Shown here piece by piece: positions 15,329 to 24,748 of a stretch of DNA of 31,750 nt. The stretch is from NCBI GenBank assembly GCA_043819795.1, contig JBDREN010000133.1, positions 1-31,750 on the forward strand, given 5' to 3'. A model generated the notes under the pieces. It had not been told where the DNA came from. It saw only the letters and a program-made list of their open reading frames with translations, and made no database searches. Origin of the DNA: Elusimicrobiota bacterium. Lineage in GTDB: Bacteria; Elusimicrobiota; Elusimicrobia; UBA1565. Positions within the stretch are counted from its first letter, which is position 1. Each line of letters opens with the position of its first letter. The position numbers and the translations under genes are program-made.

Positions 15329-16195
15329 TCAATGAGGGCGGCCTTTGATGCGGAGGGCGCGCGGAAAGCCGTCGTCTCTGCGGACGCGGGGATCGCGGGG
15401 CTCGGCGCCCTTCTCGGCCAGCAGGATCAAGCGCTCCGAGTCCACCCCATAGGATCTGCCGTCGTAGCCTCCCCAGACGTTCTGGAACGCCAGGCCCGCC
15501 TCGCCGAGCAGCCGGATGAGCTCGGTCAGCGAATACACGCGGATGGACTCTCCTTTTTTGTAGATGTGCCTGCGGCCGCGCGAGACGAAGCCGCCGACGT
15601 CGAGGCGCCCGGTCCTGAGCTCGAAAGCCCGGCGGTGCGCCCACTGCCTGCGCACCAGCCACTCCCGGTTGAGAAAATCCAGCAGCAGCTTTCCCCCGGG
15701 CCTCAGGGACTTCCTGACTTCCTGGAGGCAGCGGAGATCCTCGCGCTCGCTGGGATGGCCGCCCACGACGTTCCGGAGGTTGATGACGGCGCTGAACTCG
15801 GCCTCGTACGGGATCCGGCGCATGTCGCCGACCACGAAATGCACGGTAAGACGCTCGATGCGGCCCCTCGCCCGCGCCGGCGCGAGCGACTCGGCCGAGT
15901 CGTCCATGCCGACGATGCGGTACCTGCGCCGGGCCAGCTCGAGCGTCTGGCTGCCCGCCCCGCAGCCCAAGTCCAGGATGCGGGAGCGGAACTTGAGGCC
16001 GAGCAGCCTCTCGATCCCGTCGACCTGCCTGCGGACGCGGGCGTCTATGCGCAGCAGGGGCGTGGACTCGAAGAGCCTCTTCCTCCGGCCGCCCGGCCGC
16101 GGATGCAGCTCTAACGAAAGCGGATCGGCGCGGCGCCCGGCCGGCGCGGCCGCGGAAGCCTGGATCGGGAGGAAACGCGCCGGGTGCGGGCCCAC
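15329..16195 (-). CDS. Class I SAM-dependent methyltransferase
   Basis: ILDLGCGAG, VGMD, GDMRRIP, LRPGGKLLLD, IRVYSLTEL. Start uncertain. Confidence 0.88.
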   Translation of the reverse strand: MGPHPARFLPIQASAAAPAGRRADPLSLELHPRPGGRRKRLFESTPLLRIDARVRRQVDGIERLLGLKFRSRILDLGCGAGSQTLELARRRYRIVGMDDSAESLAPARARGRIERLTVHFVVGDMRRIPYEAEFSAVINLRNVVGGHPSEREDLRCLQEVRKSLRPGGKLLLDFLNREWLVRRQWAHRRAFELRTGRLDVGGFVSRGRRHIYKKGESIRVYSLTELIRLLGEAGLAFQNVWGGYDGRSYGVDSERLILLAEKGAEPRDPRVRRDDGFPRALRIKGRPH

Positions 16196-16198
16196 GCC

Positions 16199-17359
16199 TC
16201 AGCCCTCCGCCTCTTCGACGGCGGCCCGCTCGTCGCCCGCCCGAATCTTCTCGATGCGCGCGACCGCCTGGTCGAGTTTCTTGTAGCTCGGGCCGGTGAT
16301 CTCGGCGTAGGTCTGGCTCGCCTTATCGAGCCTCTCCCCGAGCTGGACGAAGCGCTCCTTGAACTTCTCGTAGGCCTGCCGGAACGCCGCGATCGAGCGG
16401 ACGACCTCCTCCGTGGCCTTGGTGAAGTGGAAGTTCTCGAAGGCCTGGCGGATGACCGCCAGCACGGCGTAGAGGCTGAACGGCGAGGTCAGGACCACCT
16501 TCTTGGCCAGCGCCTCGTCGAGTATCTCCGGCATGCTCTCGAGCACGAAGCCGTAGATCTGCTCGTTCGGGATGAACAGCAGGACGTAGTCGAGGGTCCG
16601 CTCGTCCGGGTTGATGTAGTCCCGCTTGGTGATCTCCTTGACGCGCCCTTTCACGTCCTTCAGGAAATCCGTCTTGAAGCGCGCCCGCTCCTCGTCGGAG
16701 CCGGCGTTCACCATGCGCAGGTAGTTATCGAGGGGGAACTTCACGTCCATGTTGAACTTGTGCCCGTCGGGAAGGCGGAATGTGAAATCCGGGCGGCTCG
16801 CCACGGTGTCCTGGGCGCGGTTCTTGACGTACTGCACGTTCTCCACCAAGCCGGCGGCCCTGAGGATGTCCTCGGCCATGCGCTCGCCCCACTGGCCGCG
16901 GGTCCTCGAGTTGGAGAGCACGGAATAGAGGCGGTCGGTGGTCGTCTGCAGCTGCTCGGTCGTCCGGGTCGCCTTGCGCAGCTGCTCCTCGATCGACCCG
17001 TACTTCCGGGTCCGGTCGGACTCGAACTCCCGCATCAGGGACTCGTAGCTCTTCAGCCGGTCCTGCAGCTGGCCCACGCTCGTCTCGACCGCCCGTCGCT
17101 GCTGATCGAGCTCCGACGAGGCCTTCACCTGCTCGGTCTCCAGGCGGCTCTGAGCGAGCTTCAAGAACTGCTCGCTCGCTTTATCGAACACCTCGGCCGA
17201 GACGGCCGCGAACTGGCCCTTGAGATCCTCCTTCCGCTGCCGCGCCTCGGCGTCCGCGTTCTTGCGCACCGAGAAGACGACCGCGTAGACGGCGAGGGCC
17301 CCCAGGAGGGCCCCCGCGAGAACGGCGGCGAGCACCGCGAGCGCCATCGCGGGGCTCAC
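16199..17359 (-). CDS. rmuC: DNA recombination protein RmuC
   Basis: N-terminal TM anchor, coiled coil, RGQWGE, RPDFTFRLP, DVKFPL, YINP, VLLFIPNE, LTSP. The GTG start overlaps the upstream TGA (alternative ATG at 17347). Confidence 0.93.
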   Translation of the reverse strand: MSPAMALAVLAAVLAGALLGALAVYAVVFSVRKNADAEARQRKEDLKGQFAAVSAEVFDKASEQFLKLAQSRLETEQVKASSELDQQRRAVETSVGQLQDRLKSYESLMREFESDRTRKYGSIEEQLRKATRTTEQLQTTTDRLYSVLSNSRTRGQWGERMAEDILRAAGLVENVQYVKNRAQDTVASRPDFTFRLPDGHKFNMDVKFPLDNYLRMVNAGSDEERARFKTDFLKDVKGRVKEITKRDYINPDERTLDYVLLFIPNEQIYGFVLESMPEILDEALAKKVVLTSPFSLYAVLAVIRQAFENFHFTKATEEVVRSIAAFRQAYEKFKERFVQLGERLDKASQTYAEITGPSYKKLDQAVARIEKIRAGDERAAVEEAEG

Positions 17360-17889
17360 CGGGCGCCCCCCCGCCGGTTCCGCCCGGCCTTCCTGAGGAG
17401 GGCCTCCACGTCGGCGAACGTCAGCCGGTCCCCCTTGCAGATCTTGCCCGCGTCGAGATAGAGCTTGAGCTTGGCGAGGCAGTCCTCCCAGCCCTCCTGA
17501 TAGCGGCGCAGCAGCCGCTCGCGGGAGGGCGCCGACGAGAACCCGGCGTGGACGAGCGTGACCTGCGCCCCGCGCCCCTTGCCTTCGATGAAGAAGCTGA
17601 CCAGCGCCGGGACGCCGCGCGTCCGGGAGCCGTCGTCCAGGATCCAAGCCACCTTGCGGCCCGGATCGAGGTCGACGAAGACCCCTCTGGCCTCGATGCC
17701 GTCGCAGCGCCGCCCGGCGGGCCATACCATGCGCATGCGCCCCATATTGCGCGCGTCGGTCTCGGCGCGCTCCAGCCACCATACGCAGAGCTCGCGGGCC
17801 GAGGTGAGGGCCCGGTACACCTGTTCCGGCTTGGCCTTCAACGAAGCGGAAAAGCGGATATCGCTGGCGGGGAAGCTCCGGCGCGGCAT
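17356..17889 (-). CDS. SRPBCC/AHSA1 (START-like) domain protein
   Basis: AKPEQVYRALTSARELCVWW...VTLVHAGF...GWEDCLAKLKLYL; preceded by TGcTAGAAT 6 nt upstream of the ATG. Confidence 0.88.
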   Translation of the reverse strand: MPRRSFPASDIRFSASLKAKPEQVYRALTSARELCVWWLERAETDARNMGRMRMVWPAGRRCDGIEARGVFVDLDPGRKVAWILDDGSRTRGVPALVSFFIEGKGRGAQVTLVHAGFSSAPSRERLLRRYQEGWEDCLAKLKLYLDAGKICKGDRLTFADVEALLRKAGRNRRGGAR

Positions 17890-18048
17890 AGTGGGATTCT
17901 AGCAAATGCGAGGCGCTCTGAAAGAGACTAATCCTCGTCGGGGAGGATGGGTCCTAAGGCCCACCGCAAGACGCCCCTTCGACCCTGGTGGCGGGCCCGG
18001 ATGCCGGGCACATTATCCCTAATAGGGAAGAATATCGTGCGTTTCTCC

Positions 18049-21000
18049 ATGAAACAGACCCTGGCGGCGCTAATCGCCGCGGCCCTTGTCACGGCGGCCC
18101 CCGGTGTCGAGCCCTGCCGCCTGCTGGCCGCCTCGCTCGGCGCGATCAAAGCTCCCGTCGGCCCGGGCACGCCGGCCTCGGTGGGAGCGGGAGCCGCGAG
18201 CCTCTCCTCCGCGAGCGGCGCGCGAGACCTCGCCGGCGCCGCCGTTGAATCCGGCCTTCACTCCATCCTACCGGCAACGGCCGGACCCGCCCCCGAGGTC
18301 CGGATCCGCGGCGGCGCGCTTGGCGCCGCTTCCGCCGGGCCGATTTCCCCGGTCCGCCCGGAACTCCGGCCGGGACGGCAGGCCTCCGCGGAACAGGCGG
18401 CTCCGGGCGCCGGGGCGGACGCCCCGCGCTCCCGCGCTCTCACACGCGCGGCGGCCAGCCGGATATCCGCTCTCAGCCGGAACCCCGCCATGCGAAGGAT
18501 CCGCTCCGGCCGGGACGCGTTCGGCGCGCTGACGCAGATCTTCCACGGCGGCGGGAATCCCGCCGCCGGGCCCTCCCCCACGGCCGTGGCGCCGGGCGCT
18601 CAAAGCCGGAGGCTCGGCCTCGGCCACGCGAGTCCGCTCCGGAGGCCCGGGCGCTTCGCGAGGAGCGCCGCGGGCGAAGCCCCGGACGTCGAGCCGGCGG
18701 TCGAGACCCGAAAGGAGCGCGGCGATGGACAGGCGCCGGGCGCCGGGCGCCCGGGGACGCTGCGCCGCGCCGCCGCGGCGGCCCTCCAGCCGGTCGGCCA
18801 GCTGGCCAAAAGCATCTACGATGCCGCGCTGCCGCCGCTCGTCCGGGCGCTCACGACCGGCTCGTCGAAAGGCCCCGAGGGCCGGGCTCTAGAAAAGCTC
18901 GCCGCCAACCTGAAGAGCCTCGGCGAGAAGGCCTACAAGAAGCGCGCCGTGTCCCGGCCCGCGGACGATGACCGGCCGACCGTCGCGATCCTCGCGCCGC
19001 CATCGGTCTACAAGCTCGCCATCGCGCGCGAGGGCGGCCGCCAGTCGCCCGGCGACGTGCACCTGGCGCTCGACCCGTCGTGGCTGATCCAGGAGAGCCT
19101 CCCGGACGGACGCACGCGCCTGCTTTTGACCAAGGGACTCTACTTCGACGCGGACGGACAGGCCTGGGTGGCCGAGTACAAGAAGCCTCGCCCCGTCCGC
19201 TACTTCGCCAACTTCCATACCCCCGGCGCCAACGACCGCGACGACGGCGTCCCGCTCGAGCGCGACCTGGACGCCCCCATGTCGAGCTCCACCGAGCTCG
19301 AGTCGGTGACCAACGACAAGCTCCTCACCCGCATGCTGATGTCCGCGAAAGGGATCGCCGTGCCCGCCACGCTCGCTTTCCTGATGGCGGGACACCCCCT
19401 GGCGGGGGAAGCCGCGGACCCGTCCCGCGCGGAGCCCGCCGCCGAGGTCTCGGTCACCCGCCTGCCGGAGGACCAGGCCGCGGTCCGCCGCCGGGTCGAG
19501 GCCTTCCTTGAGAGCTACGACGGCGCGGAGGTCGTGGTCAAGCCCTCCGGCCCCAGGTGGCACTCGGGCTACGGCGTAAAGTTCTTCGACCGCGGCCAGG
19601 TCGAAGAGATCGTGCGCCACGTCATAAACCTTTCCCGTGACGCGCGCATGACCCCCGACGGAGCCGTGCTCCTGGACGAGCGCCTGAGCCCGCCGGCGAT
19701 CTCCTTCAGGACCGCCCGGCCCGACGGCCGTGCGCCCCCCTCCGAGACGCGACAGCGCCTCCAGGGCCCGGCGATCGGGCTGGGAGGCGAGCTCCGGCTC
19801 GACTTCCTGACCCGCGCGGAGATCGAACGCGACGATCATCCCAAGACCAGGAAGGACTGGAACATCCGGGTCCTCGCCGCGCGAACGCCTTGGGACGGCG
19901 GCGCGACGACCGGGATATTCGGCAGGGCGGGGACCTGGGGCATCCCGACCACGGCCGAGCCGCAGGATCCCGAGGACGCGGCCGTCATCCTCAAATACGA
20001 GGACATCGTCCGCGCCCTGCGACAGCAGCACGGCCTTCTCCGGACGGAAGAGGAGGTCCGGGCCTTCACCGAGGAGCTCGAGGCCCTCGGGCCCAAGGTC
20101 CTGGAGTCCATCTGGGAGAACGAGGCCCGAAGGACGCCCGCGCCCGGAGCTCCGAGCAAGGCCCAGACCGACTACATCGGCCTCGACGTCATGGTCCGCT
20201 ACCGCGACGGCAGGCTCACGCCGATGGTCATCGAGGTCAACGACCACGACGCGGGCGGCCAGATGCAGTTCGACCGCTTCTATCCGGAAAGGGCGGGCGA
20301 GCATTCCCGCGCCTGGGTCGCGACGATGCTCGCCCGGGCGCGGCGCGACGCCCTGCGAGGCAAGCGCATCGCGATCGTGGGCGCCGGCTATCCGGGCAAG
20401 CGCTTCGTCTTCGAGCGGGCCAGGGAGCTGGGGGTCAAGATCGTGCTCATCGACCGGCCGGGCTCCTGGGCCGCGGACCTCGTCGACGAGTACATCGCGG
20501 TGGACACCCTCCATCCGGAGAACGCGCTGGCCGAAAGCCTCGAGGAGCTCGAGAAAAGAGGGCTCGGCGCCGCCCTCGACGGCATCACCTCCTTCTGGGA
20601 GGACGACGTCCCGCTGACGGCCGATCTCTCGGAGAGGCTCGGGCTGCCCCACTTCCCGCACTGGTCGGCCGTCGTCGCCCGCGACAAGTCCGCCACCCGG
20701 AATCTCATGAAGAAGGCCGGCCTGCCAACGCCGCGCTACGCCTATGTCGGCTCCGCCGAGGACCTGGAGAAGGCCTTGGACAAGGTCGGCTTCCCCGCGG
20801 TACTCAAGCCGGCCTCGGGCGCCGAGGCCCGGTTCGTCACCGAGGTCCGCTCCAAGCCGGAAGCGCGCGAGGCGTGGGCCGCCCTCCGAGGCCGGATCGC
20901 CGAGCTCTCCAAGACCGACGGGGCGTTCTCGCAGGAGGCGGGCTTCGTCCTTGAGCAGTTCCTCGACGGCGACGAGGTCGACGTGGACCTCGTGATGCGC

Positions 21001-21600
21001 GGCGGCAAGCCGGTCTTCTCCTCGGTCACCGACAACTGGCCGACCCGCCGCCCCCACTTCCTGGCCACGGGCTCGAGCCTGCCCAGCCACCTGCCCGAGG
21101 AGTCCCGGCGGCGGCTGGCGGAGTTGGCGGTGAAGACGGCGCGCGTCCTGGGCCTCGACGACGGGGTATTCCACATCGAGGCGAAGATGACCGCCGACGG
21201 GCCGCGCATCATCGAGGTCAACGCCCGGATGGGCGGGGCCTACGTGGCGGATTGGGTGAGGACGGTCTGGGGCGTGGACCTGGTCGAGGAGACCCTCATG
21301 ACCGCGGCCCGGGTCCCGGGAGCCCCCTATAGGTCGCCCCGTCCCCTGACCCACCTGGAAGGCGAGTTCCTCATCCCCGAGCGCTCCGGCGTGCTCGCCG
21401 CGCTGGAGGGAACGGATGCCGTCGAGTCCGACCCGGGCCTCCACGCCTTGCGCCGCTACAAACGACCGGGCGAGGTTGTCCGTGTGCCGCCGGACGGCAA
21501 CGACCGCGTGGGCATGCTGAGCGCGCGCGGCAAGGACGCCAAGGAGGCGGCCGGCGTCCTGGCGCGGCTCAAGAAGAAGTTGAGGATGCTCGTCCGCTGA
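18049..21600 (+). CDS. Double ATP-grasp protein resembling carnosine synthase 1 (CARNS1), with signal-like N-terminus and low-complexity linker
   Basis: Grasp 1: DKLLTR...VVVKPSG...IGLDVM...IEVN. Grasp 2: RDKSATR, FPAVLKPASG, LEQFLDGDEVDVD, VFHIEAK, IIEVNARMGG. Start MKQTLAALIAAALVTA chosen from the signal-peptide pattern. Confidence 0.88.
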   Translation: MKQTLAALIAAALVTAAPGVEPCRLLAASLGAIKAPVGPGTPASVGAGAASLSSASGARDLAGAAVESGLHSILPATAGPAPEVRIRGGALGAASAGPISPVRPELRPGRQASAEQAAPGAGADAPRSRALTRAAASRISALSRNPAMRRIRSGRDAFGALTQIFHGGGNPAAGPSPTAVAPGAQSRRLGLGHASPLRRPGRFARSAAGEAPDVEPAVETRKERGDGQAPGAGRPGTLRRAAAAALQPVGQLAKSIYDAALPPLVRALTTGSSKGPEGRALEKLAANLKSLGEKAYKKRAVSRPADDDRPTVAILAPPSVYKLAIAREGGRQSPGDVHLALDPSWLIQESLPDGRTRLLLTKGLYFDADGQAWVAEYKKPRPVRYFANFHTPGANDRDDGVPLERDLDAPMSSSTELESVTNDKLLTRMLMSAKGIAVPATLAFLMAGHPLAGEAADPSRAEPAAEVSVTRLPEDQAAVRRRVEAFLESYDGAEVVVKPSGPRWHSGYGVKFFDRGQVEEIVRHVINLSRDARMTPDGAVLLDERLSPPAISFRTARPDGRAPPSETRQRLQGPAIGLGGELRLDFLTRAEIERDDHPKTRKDWNIRVLAARTPWDGGATTGIFGRAGTWGIPTTAEPQDPEDAAVILKYEDIVRALRQQHGLLRTEEEVRAFTEELEALGPKVLESIWENEARRTPAPGAPSKAQTDYIGLDVMVRYRDGRLTPMVIEVNDHDAGGQMQFDRFYPERAGEHSRAWVATMLARARRDALRGKRIAIVGAGYPGKRFVFERARELGVKIVLIDRPGSWAADLVDEYIAVDTLHPENALAESLEELEKRGLGAALDGITSFWEDDVPLTADLSERLGLPHFPHWSAVVARDKSATRNLMKKAGLPTPRYAYVGSAEDLEKALDKVGFPAVLKPASGAEARFVTEVRSKPEAREAWAALRGRIAELSKTDGAFSQEAGFVLEQFLDGDEVDVDLVMRGGKPVFSSVTDNWPTRRPHFLATGSSLPSHLPEESRRRLAELAVKTARVLGLDDGVFHIEAKMTADGPRIIEVNARMGGAYVADWVRTVWGVDLVEETLMTAARVPGAPYRSPRPLTHLEGEFLIPERSGVLAALEGTDAVESDPGLHALRRYKRPGEVVRVPPDGNDRVGMLSARGKDAKEAAGVLARLKKKLRMLVR

Positions 21601-21622
21601 GGGTCAGCCAGGACCTCCCAGG

Positions 21623-22276
21623 TTAGCGGACCGGCTCGCCGGCCGGGCCGTCCTTGATCACCCGGAACGTGTTGACGAGGTGGTTGAAGCGGTCCAGGTA
21701 CTTGCCGTACCCTCCCCGCGTCGCCGGGTAGATCATCACGTAGAAGCCGCTGTCCATCGGCAGCACCACGTAGGCGTGCTGCCTCAGCACGACCACCTTG
21801 TCGCCGTCGCGCTCCAGCGACACCCCGAACCGGGTGTCCGGCGGGACCTCGACCGGCGACACCACGACGAAGTGGCTGCCCTCCCACCCCGAGACGGCGA
21901 CCCGGTGCACGGGCTGCTCGAGATAGCGGTCGGGGCCGTACACCTCGCGCAGGGTCTCGCGGATGTAGTCCTCGTGGGAGAAGAAGATGTCGCTCCGGCC
22001 GTGAGGCAGCCGATGGTACTTATTGTAGGCGTACCAGCGGATGTTCAGCGTCGGCACCCCGCGGAAGAAGTCCGGCTCGAAAGGCCCGACGAAGGTGTAG
22101 CCGTAATGGACGCTCCCCGACTCGTCGAGGTAGACGCTCCATCCCCATGGGACCTGGGCGACGAAATCCCCGAACTCGGAGGAGTAGCGGACGTATTTCG
22201 GGGGATTGCAGGCGGAGACGAATAGGATGCCGGCCACGACTGCGCACCCCGCAAAAGCCAGCAAATGACGTTTCAT
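21623..22276 (-). CDS. Putative lipoprotein of unknown function (possibly PsbP/DcrB-like fold)
   Basis: Lipobox VSAC; F-x-A-x-VPxGW start and C-terminal FNHLVNTFRV. Confidence 0.75.
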   Translation of the reverse strand: MKRHLLAFAGCAVVAGILFVSACNPPKYVRYSSEFGDFVAQVPWGWSVYLDESGSVHYGYTFVGPFEPDFFRGVPTLNIRWYAYNKYHRLPHGRSDIFFSHEDYIRETLREVYGPDRYLEQPVHRVAVSGWEGSHFVVVSPVEVPPDTRFGVSLERDGDKVVVLRQHAYVVLPMDSGFYVMIYPATRGGYGKYLDRFNHLVNTFRVIKDGPAGEPVR

Positions 22277-22308
22277 AGTGCGCGAAGCGGCTCGACGCCG
22301 CCGAACGG

Positions 22309-22337
22309 ATTATAACAGGGAAACCCCGGATTGTCCA
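22309..22337 (-). promoter_or_regulatory. sigma70 promoter of the lipoprotein gene
   Basis: TGGACA-N17-TATAAT with extended TG. Confidence 0.75.
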
Positions 22338-22360
22338 TAAAGAGCGACGGAAACGAAAAC

Positions 22361-22432
22361 AGCCGACGGGGAGATTCGAACTCCCGACCTACCGCTTACA
22401 AGGCGGTTGCTCTACCACTGAGCTACGTCGGC
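22361..22432 (-). tRNA. tRNA-Thr (anticodon TGT), CCA not encoded
   Basis: GCCGACG/CGTCGGC acceptor stem, AGCTCAGTGGTAGAGC D arm, ACCGC-CTTGTAA-GCGGT anticodon arm, GTTCGAATC T loop. Confidence 0.97.
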
Positions 22433-23669
22433 GTAACGCTATATTTTGGCTGATTTCTCCAGTTAAATCTAGTGGCACCATTTCGGAACGTTCTTGCCGT
22501 TTCGTGCCAAGTGTCCAAAAAGTGTCCACTTTAGGTCCATTTAAATCCACTTCCGCACCAACCGGTCCCGCTGCGCACAAGCGGTCCATGGCCCGGCCGT
22601 ACTTCTCGACCGCCTGCCTTTTGTGGTCCGGCGACAGGTGTCCGTAGCGCTTGTCCACCATCTCGGCCGTGGTGTGGCCCACCACTTCCGCGACCGTCTT
22701 GAGCCCCACGCCGCTCATGAGCATGTAGGAGATCGCCGTGTGCCGCAGGTCATGGAACCGGAAGTCCGTGATCCCAACCAGGCGCAGGCCCCGCATGAAG
22801 GCCGTGCGCACGTCGCGCAGCTTGCCTCCTTGCCGGCTGTTCATGAAGACGTAGTCGCCCTTGCGCGGCATCGAGGACAGAAGCTCCCTGGCCCGCGCGG
22901 GCAAGGCCACCTGGTCCGGCTCCTTCTTCTTCGTGTGCGTGAAATAGGCGAAGCCGTTCTCCAAGTCCACGTCCTGCCAGCGCAGGCCGAGGATCTCGCC
23001 GCGCCTGCGGCCCGTATAGATCGCGAAGGTCACGACCTCCCGAACAGGAGAGCCAAGCCATGAGAGGAGCTTCCGTATCTCATCGGGCTTCAGGTACCGC
23101 TTTCGGATGAACTCGCGCTCATCAAAGAGCTTGAGGCCAACAAGGGGCCGCGTAGAGATCACCTTCCAGTCCGCTGCCTTGTTGAGGATGCGCCGAAGGC
23201 AGGAGACCTCCCGGTTCGCCTGTCCCTTGGACACGGTGCGGAAGGTGTTGCCGGCCCACTCTTTGATCCGCCGCCTGCGCCGGTCGGGAGAGGCATGCGC
23301 CTTCCCGCGGAAGGGATGCTGCTTGGGCTCCCTGATCCTGGCGGCCATGTAGCGCTCCACCTTGGCCAGGTCGATCTCATAGAGCCTGCACCGCCCGAAC
23401 GTCCGGCTCAGGCGCTTCACGTAGCCGACCTCGTGCTTCCAGCTCCGCAGCCGGCTCTTGGACCACTCCAGGTACCTCTGCGCGAACGAGGCGAAGGTCT
23501 CCCGGCTCCTCTTGCGCACGTCCAGGAACCTCCCCTCCGCGATCTGGAGCCTGCGCTTGGCGAGCACGGCGCGGGCCAGCTTCTTGCTCGGCCCGACCTT
23601 CTCGCGCACGCGCCTGCCGTTGACCCGGTAGTCGATGAACCAGTTCTCGTCCTTGCGGTAAAGGCTCAT
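22389..23669 (-). CDS. Phage-type tyrosine integrase whose ORF ends inside tRNA-Thr
   Basis: [59 protein letters not shown] stop at 22391-22389. Confidence 0.93.
   Translation of the reverse strand: MSLYRKDENWFIDYRVNGRRVREKVGPSKKLARAVLAKRRLQIAEGRFLDVRKRSRETFASFAQRYLEWSKSRLRSWKHEVGYVKRLSRTFGRCRLYEIDLAKVERYMAARIREPKQHPFRGKAHASPDRRRRRIKEWAGNTFRTVSKGQANREVSCLRRILNKAADWKVISTRPLVGLKLFDEREFIRKRYLKPDEIRKLLSWLGSPVREVVTFAIYTGRRRGEILGLRWQDVDLENGFAYFTHTKKKEPDQVALPARARELLSSMPRKGDYVFMNSRQGGKLRDVRTAFMRGLRLVGITDFRFHDLRHTAISYMLMSGVGLKTVAEVVGHTTAEMVDKRYGHLSPDHKRQAVEKYGRAMDRLCAAGPVGAEVDLNGPKVDTFWTLGTKRQERSEMVPLDLTGEISQNIALRRRSSVVEQPPCKR
22509..22528. repeat. Tandem AAGTGTCCA x2 (11-bp period), candidate integrase arm-type sites
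   Basis: Copies at 22509-22517 and 22520-22528, in an AT-rich tract about 80 bp from the tRNA 5' end. Confidence 0.6.
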
Positions 23670-23675
23670 GCCACC

Positions 23676-24083
23676 TCAGACCAGCAGCTTCCTAGCCCAA
23701 TCATAGAATCTCCTGGTGATCTTGGCCAGCTCCTGCGCCTCGCGCTCGGTGAACTCCCGCGCCTCATAGGCGGCCACGTTCTTGAAGGAGAGGATCTTGG
23801 CCAGGGACTTGGCCTTGGACGCGGCCCCCTCGCCCTTGACGTGCAATTCCAGCAGCCCGGCCGCGTCCAGATGAGACTCGCCGGAGGAACGCACGCCCGC
23901 GTAGTAGACGACCAGCGCGTCCGCCGCCGATATCGCGCTATGGACGGCGTTGAGGCCCGCCGCGTCCCGGTCGCCGGCGGCCAGCGCGCTCTCCATGGAT
24001 TTCAGGAACTGCCGGGACTTGTTCGCGTAGACCGTCCAGCGGTCCCTGGACACGTCCACTGTCTTGCGCCTCTTGGCGATCAT
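23676..24083 (-). CDS. HEPN domain protein (toxin-like)
   Basis: AAGLNAVHSAISAADAL...GESH...KNVAAYE helical HEPN pattern; ATGA overlap with the MNT gene. Confidence 0.85.
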   Translation of the reverse strand: MIAKRRKTVDVSRDRWTVYANKSRQFLKSMESALAAGDRDAAGLNAVHSAISAADALVVYYAGVRSSGESHLDAAGLLELHVKGEGAASKAKSLAKILSFKNVAAYEAREFTEREAQELAKITRRFYDWARKLLV

Positions 24084-24706
24084 GAGACGAGCTCCTCGAA
24101 CTCCCGGCCGTAGACCAGCTTGCCCTCCTGGAGGATGCTATCGGTGAGCGGCAGCTTCCGGCCGCGCTTCTTGCGGATCTCGGCCAGAGTCTGCACGTAC
24201 GGGGACAGGGGGATATTGAACTTCTTAAAAAGCGCCGAGCGCAGCTTCTCGACGAACGGCTCGACGGCCTTCGCGCCCTTCCCGTCCACCACGACCACGA
24301 GCAGGTCAAGGTCGCTGCCGGCCTTCTCTTCCCCCCTCGCCCTACTGCCGAACAAGATGATCGACAGGATGCTCCTGCGCGTGGCCGGCGTCACTAGGGT
24401 CTCCTTGGTCAGCCGGGTGACCTCCTCCTCGATCTCCCCCTCCGCCTGGAACAGAGGAGCGAAGACGCGCTCGACCAGATAGCTCTCCGGGTTGATCTTA
24501 TAGAGATGGACATGGGAGACGCGCCTGAAATGCACCAGGCCCCTGGCGTAGAGCCGCTTCAGGGCGTCATGGCACGCGGGCGGGCTCAAGCCCACCTTCC
24601 GGGCGATCTCCCGGCCGCTCCAATCGGTCCGGCTCTGCCAAAGGAACCTCAGCACGCGAATCTCCGATTCGCGGGAGAAAAGCTCCGACACCAAGGGCTT
24701 GGCCAT
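24080..24706 (-). CDS. HTH + minimal nucleotidyltransferase (MNT antitoxin-like)
   Basis: wHTH SGREIARKVGLSPPACHDALKRL; ILFGSRARGEEKAGSDLDLLVV (GS-x10-DxD). Confidence 0.9.
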   Translation of the reverse strand: MAKPLVSELFSRESEIRVLRFLWQSRTDWSGREIARKVGLSPPACHDALKRLYARGLVHFRRVSHVHLYKINPESYLVERVFAPLFQAEGEIEEEVTRLTKETLVTPATRRSILSIILFGSRARGEEKAGSDLDLLVVVVDGKGAKAVEPFVEKLRSALFKKFNIPLSPYVQTLAEIRKKRGRKLPLTDSILQEGKLVYGREFEELVS

Positions 24707-24748
24707 GCCGTCTCTACAATATGACAATCGTTAAGAGAATCTAACATA

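Noticed and set aside
17360..17905. 186-aa N-terminal extension of RmuC (568-aa ORF)
   Set aside because: It is an alternative frame of the SRPBCC gene; RmuC starts at the GTGA overlap.
18889..21444. 851-aa minus-strand ORF (likewise 13137-14516 and 16184-17461)
   Set aside because: Antisense mirror frames of well-supported high-GC genes.
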